Shown one piece after another: positions 52,671-63,952 of a DNA stretch of 64,000 nucleotides. The position numbers and the translations under genes are program-made. The DNA is from Amphiscolops sp. MND2022. Lineage: Eukaryota. The stretch covers positions 63,490,001 to 63,554,000 of the forward strand of contig OZ076409.1 in the NCBI GenBank assembly GCA_964187785.1. The letters run 5' to 3'. Below the pieces are notes generated by a model. That model worked only from the letters and a program-made list of their open reading frames with translations. It made no database searches and was not told the DNA's origin. Positions within the stretch are counted from its first letter, which is position 1; every line of letters starts with the position of its first letter.

Positions 52671-53948
52671 ATCTCAGCTCACGCATCAACTTTCTAGCAA
52701 CTTCAAAATTTTAAAGTGAGCTCCCTGAAAACTTGGAAGGTAGTACGACTATAACGCAGCATTTCTGGAAATGAGGGATCAAAGAGTATCTTTTGAAGCA
52801 CCGTTTGCGACCCAAATGGTAGTACCTATCGGACAGAATTTACGTTAGATCACCTGTATCTTTTCTCTAGAATTCTACATAGTCAAGTATTTCCCAATGT
52901 CTAGAGCTCTATACACAAAGTCCGCAAAGTCTGAAATTTTACATGGATTTAGAGCTCTCGGCTAATTATCTCTTCCTTGATGCCGAGAATTACATAGATT
53001 GTTTGGATGAACATACTTTGCTATTTTCATTAGTCATGCCATCTCAACAACATGAGATTAACAACATTTGTCTGTTATAAAAGCAACTCTGAAGTGAGTC
53101 AGGTTGAGTACGCAAAAACTTCACTAAACAAGCTGACGCACGTTCAACAGCTGTACTAAACATTCACACATACTGTGACGGTGCCGCTTTTGATCTTATC
53201 CAGCGTCGCACTCTGCAGAGTCTGTTTGCTTAATTAATTTCTGATTGTTTGACTGACGTTAAAAATAAATGCCACCCGGGACACGCTATTGAAGCTACTC
53301 TTTAATGATTAATCACAAGTACAAAGGGCCGACGTCGCTTTCATGTTTACGCAGCGTGTCGCTCTGTTTTTCCAATTTGGAATTTACAACCACGGAAATC
53401 TATATGACACTCGGGACAAAACTATTGAAGCTACTGTTTAATAAACAATTACTTAAAGGGTCGGCGGCGTTGCTTTTATGTTTACACAGCAGGTCGCTCT
53501 ATTCATTCAATCTGGAATTGGCAAATACAGATATCTATTGATCCAAAGTCAATTTTGCATCCGATCTGCTCGACCAAAACAAAAAACCCATACTAAACTT
53601 GTTCACGATGAACAAGCGAAAAGAAATGGTTTTCAGGTCTTGTTTCTGTTTCAAGCATTGATATCTTGTTTCAAAACGTTCATGAATTTTTGCAACTGAA
53701 AAAAAATACAACGCTATTCTGATTTTTTTTCAAAAGTTTGTGCCAGATGAACATTGTTTAATCTACGACAAGTTCTCTGTTGCGTCAAGTATCACCGACC
53801 TTAGGTTTACTTCTCAGTACTTCTTCTTTAAATATGTTCTCAATTTTTTTCACTTCTTCAAATATGTTCTCAATTTTTTTCAGACTTTTGTCTTGAGATC
53901 ATCGGTAGCACAGCATAATCACCACTCAAAATATATCAAAAATCAGCC

Positions 53949-54314
53949 ATGACTTTCAGCTCTCTCACATCCTCAAAAGATCGCGAGTTTGGAGACACCC
54001 ATTGTGATGTGGCTTCATCTGGAAAACGACTTGTTCGTGTGACGACAAACACCTATAAAAACAGTGGCATCACCTACATCAACATCAAACTGTTCAAGGA
54101 AAAAGAGGATAAAGATGAGTATCGCCTGCAACAGAGAGTGGGGCTCACCGTCAAGGAGTTTCAGGAAATGATAGCGAATGTGGAAAACATTAACATGGGC
54201 CCTCCCAATTCAGAAAGTAGCATGGGGGAGAAAAAATTCAACAAGAGGATTGCTCAAAGCGATACAGGGGGTGCTGAGATTAAGAAGCAAAAAACTGCTG
54301 ATAAGAAGGAATGA
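53949..54314 (+). CDS. PC4/Sub1-like ssDNA-binding domain protein, 121 aa
   Basis: KRLVRVTTNTYKNSGITYINIKLFKEK...RVGLTVKEFQEMIANVENI follows the PC4 beta-sheet plus (I/V)xLTxx(Q/E)(W/F)xxL helix pattern; basic C-terminal tail. Confidence 0.65.
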   Translation: MTFSSLTSSKDREFGDTHCDVASSGKRLVRVTTNTYKNSGITYINIKLFKEKEDKDEYRLQQRVGLTVKEFQEMIANVENINMGPPNSESSMGEKKFNKRIAQSDTGGAEIKKQKTADKKE

Positions 54315-55177
54315 AAAGCCTTACAACTCATTTCGAGAATAATTACAACAGACAAGTTTTGTTTTTTTTTCTAGTTTTATTCTGTCTTTTTATTCATGAA
54401 TCATAGTTCTTCGAATGGTTTTTGTTCTATAAAGCTTTTTGTTTGATGTAAACTGTTATATTGCTTTCTTCTTGTTCGACGCTATCTTTTCTTTAAACTA
54501 AACTTTTTCTATAACATTATTTTATAATGTGTGTCGTTTTTGTTTCATTGCTTTTTTTCTTTCCTCCTCCACACTCTATCCCAGTAACGTATTGGAAAAT
54601 GTTTACTTTTGATCTAGTGTTTTTGTTCCCTTCCTACGCTATCCGATCTTTGCCTGTCTTTAAAATTAATTCCTTGATTTACTTTTTTCAGTGTGCTTTA
54701 TTTCAATTTAATCCTCTACTCGTTGCAATGTATCGTTGTTGAACTATTCAATTTTCAGCTAAATAGCACATTTTTTTTCACTTCGATACTTTTGTTCAAT
54801 CTTCAACTCGAATGAAATAATATATATTCGATATGAACATTTGTTTCACCTCGTGAGCTTTTAATTTAGTTCTATCATCCCGGTTTTTTTTTGTTCGGGT
54901 AGCATTGGGTATTGAAAACACTTCGTGTATAACTACCCGAAAATCATTTTGTTCACAGCTGTATTGTTCATAGCTATTTTGGTGAAAAACATCCTTTTCC
55001 GAACATTTTTAGGTAAAAAAATGTTTTGATGGCGTTTATCAAGAAGGTACAAGCATCTTGAAACTCGAGTTGTCTCATGCAACGGTGAAACCTGTGTTCG
55101 AAGCAACTTTTTTTTCTTTTGTCGATTTGAAGTATTTGTATCAACTATTCCTTCACAGTTTTTTTTGTAGACCAAAC

Positions 55178-55757
55178 ATGGTGGAAGCAATGCATGAACA
55201 GCATCCGGACTTTTTCAAACAACATCGGAAAAACTTTCGATATGTGGTGTTTGAAAAGGAACCAAAGATTGGGCATGACATTCCTTCAGGACCGAATTAC
55301 GCATTTGGAGTTCATTAATCCACCTCTGATTATCTTTGCGGCTTTGAAAAACAACCACATTATCATGTTCTCTTTGAGTGCGATTCCAATAATAGAAAGT
55401 GTTACAATGTACCCTGCCTGTATTCAACTTTCCGTCTATTGTTGGCGGATTGTACGAGTCTTGTCATGCAAGGTGAGAATATGAAACGTCTGCAGGTTGC
55501 AAAGCAGTACAACGTAAAGGAAAACAAAACCTTGCTCGCTCAGGGTCGGCGCAAAGTTCCTCTTGTTCAAATCAGACGAGACAAAGGTGTTCAAACGGGT
55601 TTTTTTACCGGCTGCCACGCTAAGCCGATTTCAGCAGTTGATTCAAGGTCCATCGGCTGCAATTTTTCACAGAATATTAGACATTCTCAATGACGGATAC
55701 GGATACATCGACACTACTAATTTATATTTTTTGATTGACAATTCCAAAACTTTGTGA
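55178..55757 (+). pseudogene. Interrupted ORF with HUH (Rep-like) motif
   Basis: ORFs 55058-55318 and 55439-55693 share a frame separated by a single TAA (55316-55318); read-through gives FRYVVF...YAFGVH*STSDYLCGFEKQPHYHVLFECD; probable frameshift in the T-run near 55600 into frame ending 55757. Confidence 0.5.
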
Positions 55758-56465
55758 AGTTTGCATAGTTTGAAATACACTGCGGTATCAATACAATCTT
55801 CAAGCCACAGTTTTCGTGTCAAAATCAGCAATTGCTTGGTAGAAAAATTTGAGTACAGGGCAAAATTGAGCCGTCAGGTTTTAGTAAAATTGATAATTGT
55901 GTAGTGGCATTTTGCATTGTCAGTAGTTCAATTGAGCGTAGCCCATAACTTGTGTTACGAAACATTACAAACCATAAAAAAGTAGAAAATAGAACTACAG
56001 GATTTACAGAAGAGTAAACTTCATACATGTAAAATTAGTTCAATACCTGTACTGTCTAGACAATGAGTCAGCTCAGATAGAGATAAAGTACCCCAGGGTA
56101 CAAGCGTGATTTATTCAAGAATATATACTCAATGATTGAACACTGCAGTACTTGCTTTCTTTGCTGTTGCAAAATTAAATCTTTTCAGCTTAGTCAAGCA
56201 GCTATTTTCAATCATTTCTTTCAAAACACAAAAAGTCACGGTAGAGCAAAAACGTTGATAGAACGTGCCCACGCATACACATCATTGAATTTTGATTCTT
56301 TCTAATTCCAAAGGTGTTTAGTGGCAAGTAGAAATATTAGTTTTGAAGATCAAAAATCAATTTAGAGTAGAATTACAAAACAGCTAATTTGTAAAGTCTT
56401 TTTCGAAAATTGATCTCTGGTGAACAATTGGGCACATTCTTCACTTTGTCAGCAGCTGAGCTACC

Positions 56466-57059
56466 ATGAAACTACCAATGCAGACTTTCACATCTGTGTG
56501 TGGTAACTCGCGGTTCACATTTTACGAAATTTGGTTCAACAAAACAATAGCAATAGTTGAAGAAGTATGGTGGGAGGACGTTTGGTCGATAAAAAGCTCA
56601 GTTTCAATCCCAAAAGACTTGTTTATTCTGCTTAGAGCTGAGTGTGTATTGGGAATTAATCCAAGCAGCTTCAATTCAACGGACACTGTAGAAAACCCAT
56701 TCACTACAACAATAGTTTATGATCGTTTCGAGTTGCCGTATGGTGTGCGACAGCTTCTGTTTGACATTGACTGTCGAAATATACCCTTTTCAGAGAATCA
56801 GCTGGGTTGCATGACGGACTTGGAAAATTTAGAATGGTACTGGGATATTGCGAGTTCCTCTGAATCACCACAAGAAGCTTCATGTTCTCTGTCGTCAACG
56901 ATTGCCGACATAATTCAAGTGCAAATTGCTAGTGACAGTCCAATCAAATCAGAAACTAGCCCAATTAAGGAATGCCCGCCAGCGCCAAAGAAGTATAGAG
57001 TTGAAAAATTCAAAAAGGCGGCATTGGAAATAGCTAAGCTTGATCTCGCAGACGTTTGA
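56466..57059 (+). CDS. Uncharacterised 197-aa protein (C-terminal PKKYR NLS-like)
   Basis: ATG-initiated intronless ORF, aataaa ~85 bp downstream, open in both arms. Confidence 0.6.
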   Translation: MKLPMQTFTSVCGNSRFTFYEIWFNKTIAIVEEVWWEDVWSIKSSVSIPKDLFILLRAECVLGINPSSFNSTDTVENPFTTTIVYDRFELPYGVRQLLFDIDCRNIPFSENQLGCMTDLENLEWYWDIASSSESPQEASCSLSSTIADIIQVQIASDSPIKSETSPIKECPPAPKKYRVEKFKKAALEIAKLDLADV

Positions 57060-57521
57060 CAAACTTTTCTAATGTGATGTTTTATTATTTGTTTCATTAT
57101 CGTTCAATTCATTGCTTGAAGTTTGTCATTAAAGTCATTTTAAAATAAACTTTTCAGTCATTCTTTTCCGTAATGCCTAATTTGACATCCTCTCCAAAGT
57201 AAATTTGTGCTATTTTGAGTAGGAACATCCCTAAAAGTTGATAAGAGAAAATTGATATTGCAGCTTGTCTCAACAAGCAGAGAGTGAGTGAGTAAAAAAC
57301 AACAATAAGCCAAGCTTTGATGGTGAACAACCCTTTACTTATAATCACTCTTCTAGGTAAAGCCAGCTCTTTCCAGAAAACGAAGCATGAATGAAAAATC
57401 TTTTGATAGATAAACTTAACAATGTTCATTTGAAGTCATCCCTTTTCAGACTTTTGTCGTTGAATACAAACTCCAATACGGAGCATTGATTGTTTCTCGA
57501 AGAATTGGTCGATGGTCTCAG

Positions 57522-58007
57522 TTAAAAAATTAGGTTTCTCATTGCTCGCTCGACGCGGTATCCAGCTGGAGTGATTTTCATTTGTCTCCCGAAAGTTTTT
57601 TCATCTTTTCTCTTGATGTTTTCCAAGTACACTGACAAGATGAAAGGGCCTTTCAACTCCCTTTTGTTTGGATCCACTAATTCGACAGAGGCCGATAAGT
57701 TTTCTCCGACTCTTGTCTCCCCCATTGGCTCCAGGATAAGTTTGAACGTTACCTCAATTGCACCCACGTGTTCACACTGTAGGTTGAAGCAAGACTTTGC
57801 GAGAGTTTTACTATCGACACACAATTCAGGTTCTTGCTCACTAACGATAACAGCTGCGAAGGCCTTGAGGTGCGCGAACGCTTCCTTGTCAATTTTTATG
57901 ATTGCCATGCACTCTCTAATACAAGTATTTGTCAAAATGGGTGTGCAAAAACCCACAGTCGAGTCCAAATGAATATCGCATAAACTTGTGTGTAGATCAC
58001 CAGGCAT
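57522..58007 (-). pseudogene. Divergent MATH-like ORF, left-arm copy truncated by a 2-bp insertion
   Basis: A6 here vs A4 in right arm at ~57524-57529 gives NLIF* instead of the 189-aa product. Confidence 0.55.
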
Positions 58008-58459
58008 TATCTGAAGTAGAGCAGAAACTTTTGTACCTACTACTTATGGTTCAACCATGCTCTTTAAAACTTTTGGGTACGACAATTTAATTCCGTCCGT
58101 ACCTTCCACATGAGTCCGAACGAATTTTGATACCAATTTTTCAGTTTACTAGTGAATCGAGGTAACAAGGTCTTATCAAAAAACATCTTAGATTTACTTT
58201 ATTGTAACATTTTGTCTGTACTGAAAATGTAAGTCAAGGCGCTCTGGATAGCAATTAAGGTTCAAGAAGTCTGAATCAGGGAAAACTTAAAATATACTAA
58301 TGTAACTTTTCTTTCCATTGAGTCTAATGAATCGACGCTCTCATCCCTTTCATTGCTACATCTCGGAAAATGCAGATATAACTGCAACTCAACTGAATTG
58401 AACAACTCAACGTTAGACAAATCAAACGAAACATGACAATTGTTTACGAGATAAATACT

Positions 58460-59649
58460 TCATTCTGCTGAAAATGTGACTTCGATGAACATTGAATCCT
58501 CCTTCAGGAATCCATGATCTCTGATGCATCCGTGTATCAAGCTTGAAAACAAAACATGATCCCACAGTAATTGAAGTTCATTCAAGAATATAGTTTGGAA
58601 TAGTCTCACCTGTGTGGTAGAAAATGCAGTATACCAACCGACATGTTTCCTTTACACGAAGAAGGACGCTTGAAGCAGTTCTCAGTTTTTCCACTCGGGA
58701 CTATTGATCGGGTCCATCTATCAGCAGGATCATGTTGGCTAATGACGCTGACTTTGATTGTAGACTGGAATGGCCATTTGAGAATGGCATCATATATTCC
58801 GGGAATTAGGGCTTCAAAAACAGAGACGTTATTACCAGCTGCCACTTCGCATCCAAATGGAAATAGTCTCACATACAAAGAATATCCACGAGATCCGGTG
58901 ATAATTATTGGACTACAAAAGTCAGTTGGAACTGTTTCATTTTTTGGTTTGATTTTTTCAGCACTTTTCCCAGCCTCAAAAATATTGTTAAAGCCACTGA
59001 GTTTCCAAACAGCTGACCTATCACGGCCACATTCCAGACTTTTTATACGCTCGAGCAAAGGGCGAGAAAATTGCTCAAGTGGATCATTTTTTTCGAGTAT
59101 CTTTCAATCAATTCGTTTTGACGCTTGATGACATCTTCGTTTAGACTTTCTATTTTCCCAAGTTCAACCTCCGAGCAGTTTTCCTTGATTTCGCCACTGC
59201 TTGCTGAGTTTTCCTTGATTTCGCCACTTCTTTTTGCTGCATTGAATAATTTAGGCTGAGGTTTACTTTCTTTTATTCCAATCCTTCTACTCGAGACCTC
59301 GAGTTTTTGTTGGTGGTATGTCAGAGGTATACCTTGTTTCACAGGCAAAGTTTTCGCATTTCATCTCAATCACCTCATTCCTCAGTTCAGATACCTCGTC
59401 TCGCATTCGTGCAGTAATAAGTTGCATTGAGTGGATGTACTGGAACACTTTTATATTGAGTAAGGGGAACTTTTTCGCCAGTGACCACAACTCATCTACT
59501 CGCAATTCAGAGATTTGAGCTTTCAAGCAGAGAACCACATCTCGCAATTCGTTGAAACTGGAAATTGGCTCTTCATTTTCGTTGAGACCCAAGTGGTTCT
59601 CAGCGTTTCGCGGCTCAGACAAGTTTGAAGTTGCATATTTTCTTTCCAT
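58460..59649 (-). pseudogene. TRAF-like gene (coiled coil + MATH/TRAF domain), one intron 58542-58609, two compensating frameshifts
   Basis: VWKLSGF...FCSPIIITGSRGYSLYVRLFPFG...VSVF...GIYDAILKWPF...FKRP; splicing adds HGFLKEDSMFIEVTF*, the typical TRAF end; no RING/zinc fingers seen. Confidence 0.85.
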
Positions 59650-59896
59650 TGAGAAACTCTGAAATAGATTTTTGAAAAGTATAGTACACGGCTTGGTGAG
59701 AATGCATTGTTAGAGAGATGCCTTTTCAAAAAACATTTTCACCTCGATTCACTAGTAAACTGAAAAATTGGTATCAAAATTCGTTCGGACTCATGTGGAA
59801 GGTACGGACGGAATTAAATTGTCGTACCCAAAAGTTTTAAAGAGCATGGTTGAACCATAAGTAGTAGGTACAAAAGTTTCTGCTCTACTTCAGATA

Positions 59897-60466
59897 ATGC
59901 CTGGTGATCTACACACAAGTTTATGCGATATTCATTTGGACTCGACTGTGGGTTTTTGCACACCCATTTTGACAAATACTTGTATTAGAGAGTGCATGGC
60001 AATCATAAAAATTGACAAGGAAGCGTTCGCGCACCTCAAGGCCTTCGCAGCTGTTATCGTTAGTGAGCAAGAACCTAAATTGTGTGTCGATAGTAAAACT
60101 CTCGCAAAGTCTTGCTTCAACCTACAGTGTGAACACGTGGGTGCAATTGAGGTAACGTTCAAACTTATCCTGGAGCCAATGGGGGAGACAAGAGTCGGAG
60201 AAAACTTATCGGCCTCTGTCGAATTGGTGGATCCAAACAAAAGGGAGTTGAAAGGCCCTTTCATCTTGTCAGTGTACTTGGAAAACATCAAGAGAAAAGA
60301 TGAAAAAACTTTCAGGAGACAAATGAAAATCACTCCAGCAGGATACCGCGTCGAGCGAGCAATGAGAAACCTAATTTTAACTGAGACCATCGACCAATTC
60401 TTCGAGAAACAATCAATGCTCCGTATTGGAGTTTGTATTCAACGACAAAAGTCTGAAAAGGGATGA
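59897..60466 (+). CDS. Divergent MATH-like domain protein, 189 aa (intact copy)
   Basis: FKLILEPMGETRVGENLSASVELVD and terminal FFEKQSMLRIGVCI resemble MATH strands; divergent from the TRAF-like gene. Confidence 0.5.
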   Translation: MPGDLHTSLCDIHLDSTVGFCTPILTNTCIRECMAIIKIDKEAFAHLKAFAAVIVSEQEPKLCVDSKTLAKSCFNLQCEHVGAIEVTFKLILEPMGETRVGENLSASVELVDPNKRELKGPFILSVYLENIKRKDEKTFRRQMKITPAGYRVERAMRNLILTETIDQFFEKQSMLRIGVCIQRQKSEKG

Positions 60467-60842
60467 CTTCAAATGAACATTGTAAAGTTTATCTATCAAA
60501 AGATTTTTCATTCATGCTTCGTTTTCTGGAAAGAGCTGGCTTTACCTAGAAGAGTGATTATAAGTAAAGGGTTGTTCACCATCAAAGCTTGGCTTATTGT
60601 TGTTTTTTACTCACTCACTCTCTGCTTGTTGAGACAAGCTGCAATATCAATTTTCTCTTATCAACTTTTAGGGATGTTCCTACTCAAAATAGCACAAATT
60701 TACTTTGGAGAGGATGTCAAATTAGGCATTACGGAAAAGAATGACTGAAAAGTTTATTTTAAAATGACTTTAATGACAAACTTCAAGCAATGAATTGAAC
60801 GATAATGAAACAAATAATAAAACATCACATTAGAAAAGTTTG

Positions 60843-61436
60843 TCAAACGTCTGCGAGATCAAGCTTAGCTATTTCCAATGCCGCCTTTTTGAATTTTTCA
60901 ACTCTATACTTCTTTAGAGCTGGCGGGCATTCCTTAATTGGGCTAGTTTCTGATTTGATTGGACTGTCACTAGCAATTTGCTCTTGAATTATGTCGGCAA
61001 TCGTTGACGACAGAGAACATGAAGCTTCTTGTGGTGATTCAGAGGAACTCGCAATATCCCAGTACCATTCTAAATTTTCCAAGTCCGTCATGCAACCCAG
61101 CTGATTCTCTGAAAAGGGTATATTTCGACAGTCAATGTCAAACAGAAGCTGTCGCACACCATACGGCAACTCGAAACGATCATAAACTATTGTTGTAGTG
61201 AATGGGTTTTCTACAGTGTCCGTTGAATTGAAGCTGCTTGGATTAATTCCCAATACACACTCAGCTCTAAGCAGAATAAACAAGTCTTTTGGGATTGAAA
61301 CTGAGCTTTTTATCGACCAAACGTCCTCCCACCATACTTCTTCAACTATTGCTATTGTTTTGTTGAACCAAGTTTCGTAAAATGTGAACCGCGAGTTACC
61401 ACACACAGATGTGAAAGTCTGCATTGGTAGTTTCAT
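60843..61436 (-). CDS. Uncharacterised 197-aa protein, right-arm copy
   Basis: Mirror of 56466-57059 with 3 amino-acid differences. Confidence 0.6.
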   Translation of the reverse strand: MKLPMQTFTSVCGNSRFTFYETWFNKTIAIVEEVWWEDVWSIKSSVSIPKDLFILLRAECVLGINPSSFNSTDTVENPFTTTIVYDRFELPYGVRQLLFDIDCRNIPFSENQLGCMTDLENLEWYWDIASSSESPQEASCSLSSTIADIIQEQIASDSPIKSETSPIKECPPALKKYRVEKFKKAALEIAKLDLADV

Positions 61437-62144
61437 GGTATCTCAGCTGCTGACAAAGTGAAGAATGTGCCCAATTGTTCACCAGAGATCAATTTTCGAA
61501 AAAGACTTTACAAATTAGCTGTTTTGTATTTCTACTCTAAATTGATTTTTGATCTTCAAAACTAATATTTCTACTTGCCACTAAACACCTTTGGAATTAG
61601 AAAGAATCAAAATTCAATGATGTGTATGCGTGGGCACGTTCTATCAACGTTTTTGCTCTACCGTGACTTTTTGAGTTTTGAAAGAAATGATTGGAAATAG
61701 CTGCTTGACTAAGCTGAAAAGATTTAATTTTGCAACAGCAAAGAAAGCAAGTACTGCAGTGTTCAATCATTGAGTATATATTCTTGAATAAATCACGCTT
61801 GTACCCTGGGGTACTTTATCTCTATCTGAGCTGACTCATTGTCTAGACAGTACAGGTATTGAACTAATTTTACATGTATGAAGTTTACTCTTCTGTAAAT
61901 CCTGTAGTTCTATTTTCTACTTTTTTATGGTTTGTAATGTTTCGTAACACAAGTTATGGGCTACGCTCAATTGAACTACTGACAATGCAAAATGCCACTA
62001 CACAATTATCAATTTTACTAAAACCTGACGGCTCAATTTTGCCCTGTACTCAAATTTTTCTACCAAGCAATTGCTGATTTTGACACGAAAACTGTGGCTT
62101 GAAGATTGTATTGATACCGCAGTGTATTTCAAACTATGCAAACT

Positions 62145-62724
62145 TCACAAAGTTTTGGAATTGTCAATCAAAAAATATAAATTAGTAGTGTCGATGTATC
62201 CGTATCCGTCATTGAGAGTGTCTAATATTCTGTAAAAAATTGCAGCCGATGGACCTTGAATCAACTGCTGAAATCGGCTTAGCGTGGCAGCCGGTAAAAA
62301 AACCCGTTTGAACACCTTTGTCTCGTCTGATTTGAACAAGAGGAACTTTGCGCCGACCCTGAGCGAGCAAGGTTTTGTTTTCCTTTACGTTGTACTGCTT
62401 TGCAACCTGCAGACGTTTCATATTCTCACCTTGCATGACAAGACTCGTACAATCCGCCAACAATAGACGGAAAGTTGAATACAGGCAGGGTACATTGTAA
62501 CACTTTCTATTATTGGAATCGCACTCAAAGAGAACATGATAATGTGGTTGTTTTTCAAAGCCGCAAAGATAATCAGAGGTGGATTAATGAACTCCAAATG
62601 CGTAATTCGGTCCTGAAGGAATGTCATGCCCAATCTTTGGTTCCTTTTCAAACACCACATATCGAAAGTTTTTCCGATGTTGTTTGAAAAAGTCCGGATG
62701 CTGTTCATGCATTGCTTCCACCAT
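62145..62724 (-). pseudogene. Interrupted HUH-motif ORF, right-arm copy
   Basis: Mirror of 55178-55757; same internal TAA at 62584-62586. Confidence 0.5.
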
Positions 62725-63586
62725 GTTTGGTCTACAAAAAAAACTGTGAAGGAATAGTTGATACAAATACTTCAAATCGACAAAAGAAAAAAAAGTTGCT
62801 TCGAACACAGGTTTCACCGTTGCATGAGACAACTCGAGTTTCAAGATGCTTGTACCTTCTTGATAAACGCCATCAAAACATTTTTTTACCTAAAAATGTT
62901 CGGAAAAGGATGTTTTTCACCAAAATAGCTATGAACAATACAGCTGTGAACAAAATGATTTTCGGGTAGTTATACACGAAGTGTTTTCAATACCCAATGC
63001 TACCCGAACAAAAAAAACCGGGATGATAGAACTAAATTAAAAGCTCACGAGGTGAAACAAATGTTCATATCGAATATATATTATTTCATTCGAGTTGAAG
63101 ATTGAACAAAAGTATCGAAGTGAAAAAAAATGTGCTATTTAGCTGAAAATTGAATAGTTCAACAACGATACATTGCAACGAGTAGAGGATTAAATTGAAA
63201 TAAAGCACACTGAAAAAAGTAAATCAAGGAATTAATTTTAAAGACAGGCAAAGATCGGATAGCGTAGGAAGGGAACAAAAACACTAGATCAAAAGTAAAC
63301 ATTTTCCAATACGTTACTGGGATAGAGTGTGGAGGAGGAAAGAAAAAAAGCAATGAAACAAAAACGACACACATTATAAAATAATGTTATAGAAAAAGTT
63401 TAGTTTAAAGAAAAGATAGCGTCGAACAAGAAGAAAGCAATATAACAGTTTACATCAAACAAAAAGCTTTATAGAACAAAAACCATTCGAAGAACTATGA
63501 TTCATGAATAAAAAGACAGAATAAAACTAGAAAAAAAAACAAAACTTGTCTGTTGTAATTATTCTCGAAATGAGTTGTAAGGCTTT

Positions 63587-63952
63587 TCATTCCTTCTTAT
63601 CAGCAGTTTTTTGCTTCTTAATCTCAGCACCCCCTGTATCGCTTTGAGCAATCCTCTTGTTGAATTTTTTCTCCCCCATGCTACTTTCTGAATTGGGAGG
63701 GCCCATGTTAATGTTTTCCACATTCGCTATCATTTCCTGAAACTCCTTGACGGTGAGCCCCGCTCTCTGTTGCAGGCGATACTCATCTTTATCCTCTTTT
63801 TCCTTGAACAGTTTGATGTTGATGTAGGTGATGCCACTGTTTTTATAGGTGTTTGTCGTCACACGAACAAGTCGTTTTCCAGATGAAGCCACATCACAAT
63901 GGGTGTCTCCAAACTCGCGATCTTTTGAGGATGTGAGAGAGCTGAAAGTCAT
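63587..63952 (-). CDS. PC4-like protein, right-arm copy
   Basis: Mirror of 53949-54314 with one V/A change. Confidence 0.65.
   Translation of the reverse strand: MTFSSLTSSKDREFGDTHCDVASSGKRLVRVTTNTYKNSGITYINIKLFKEKEDKDEYRLQQRAGLTVKEFQEMIANVENINMGPPNSESSMGEKKFNKRIAQSDTGGAEIKKQKTADKKE

Larger units (their letters stand above)
53901..58163 (+). repeat. Left arm of large inverted duplication (outer limit set only by the window end of the right arm)
   Basis: Reverse complement of 59741-64000; mirrored ORF pairs sum to 117901-117904. Confidence 0.98.

Noticed and set aside
57154..57429. 91-aa hydrophobic ORF (and mirror 60473-60748), also 54527-54742
   Set aside because: Short, T-rich, no recognisable motif; presence in both arms reflects the duplication, not conservation
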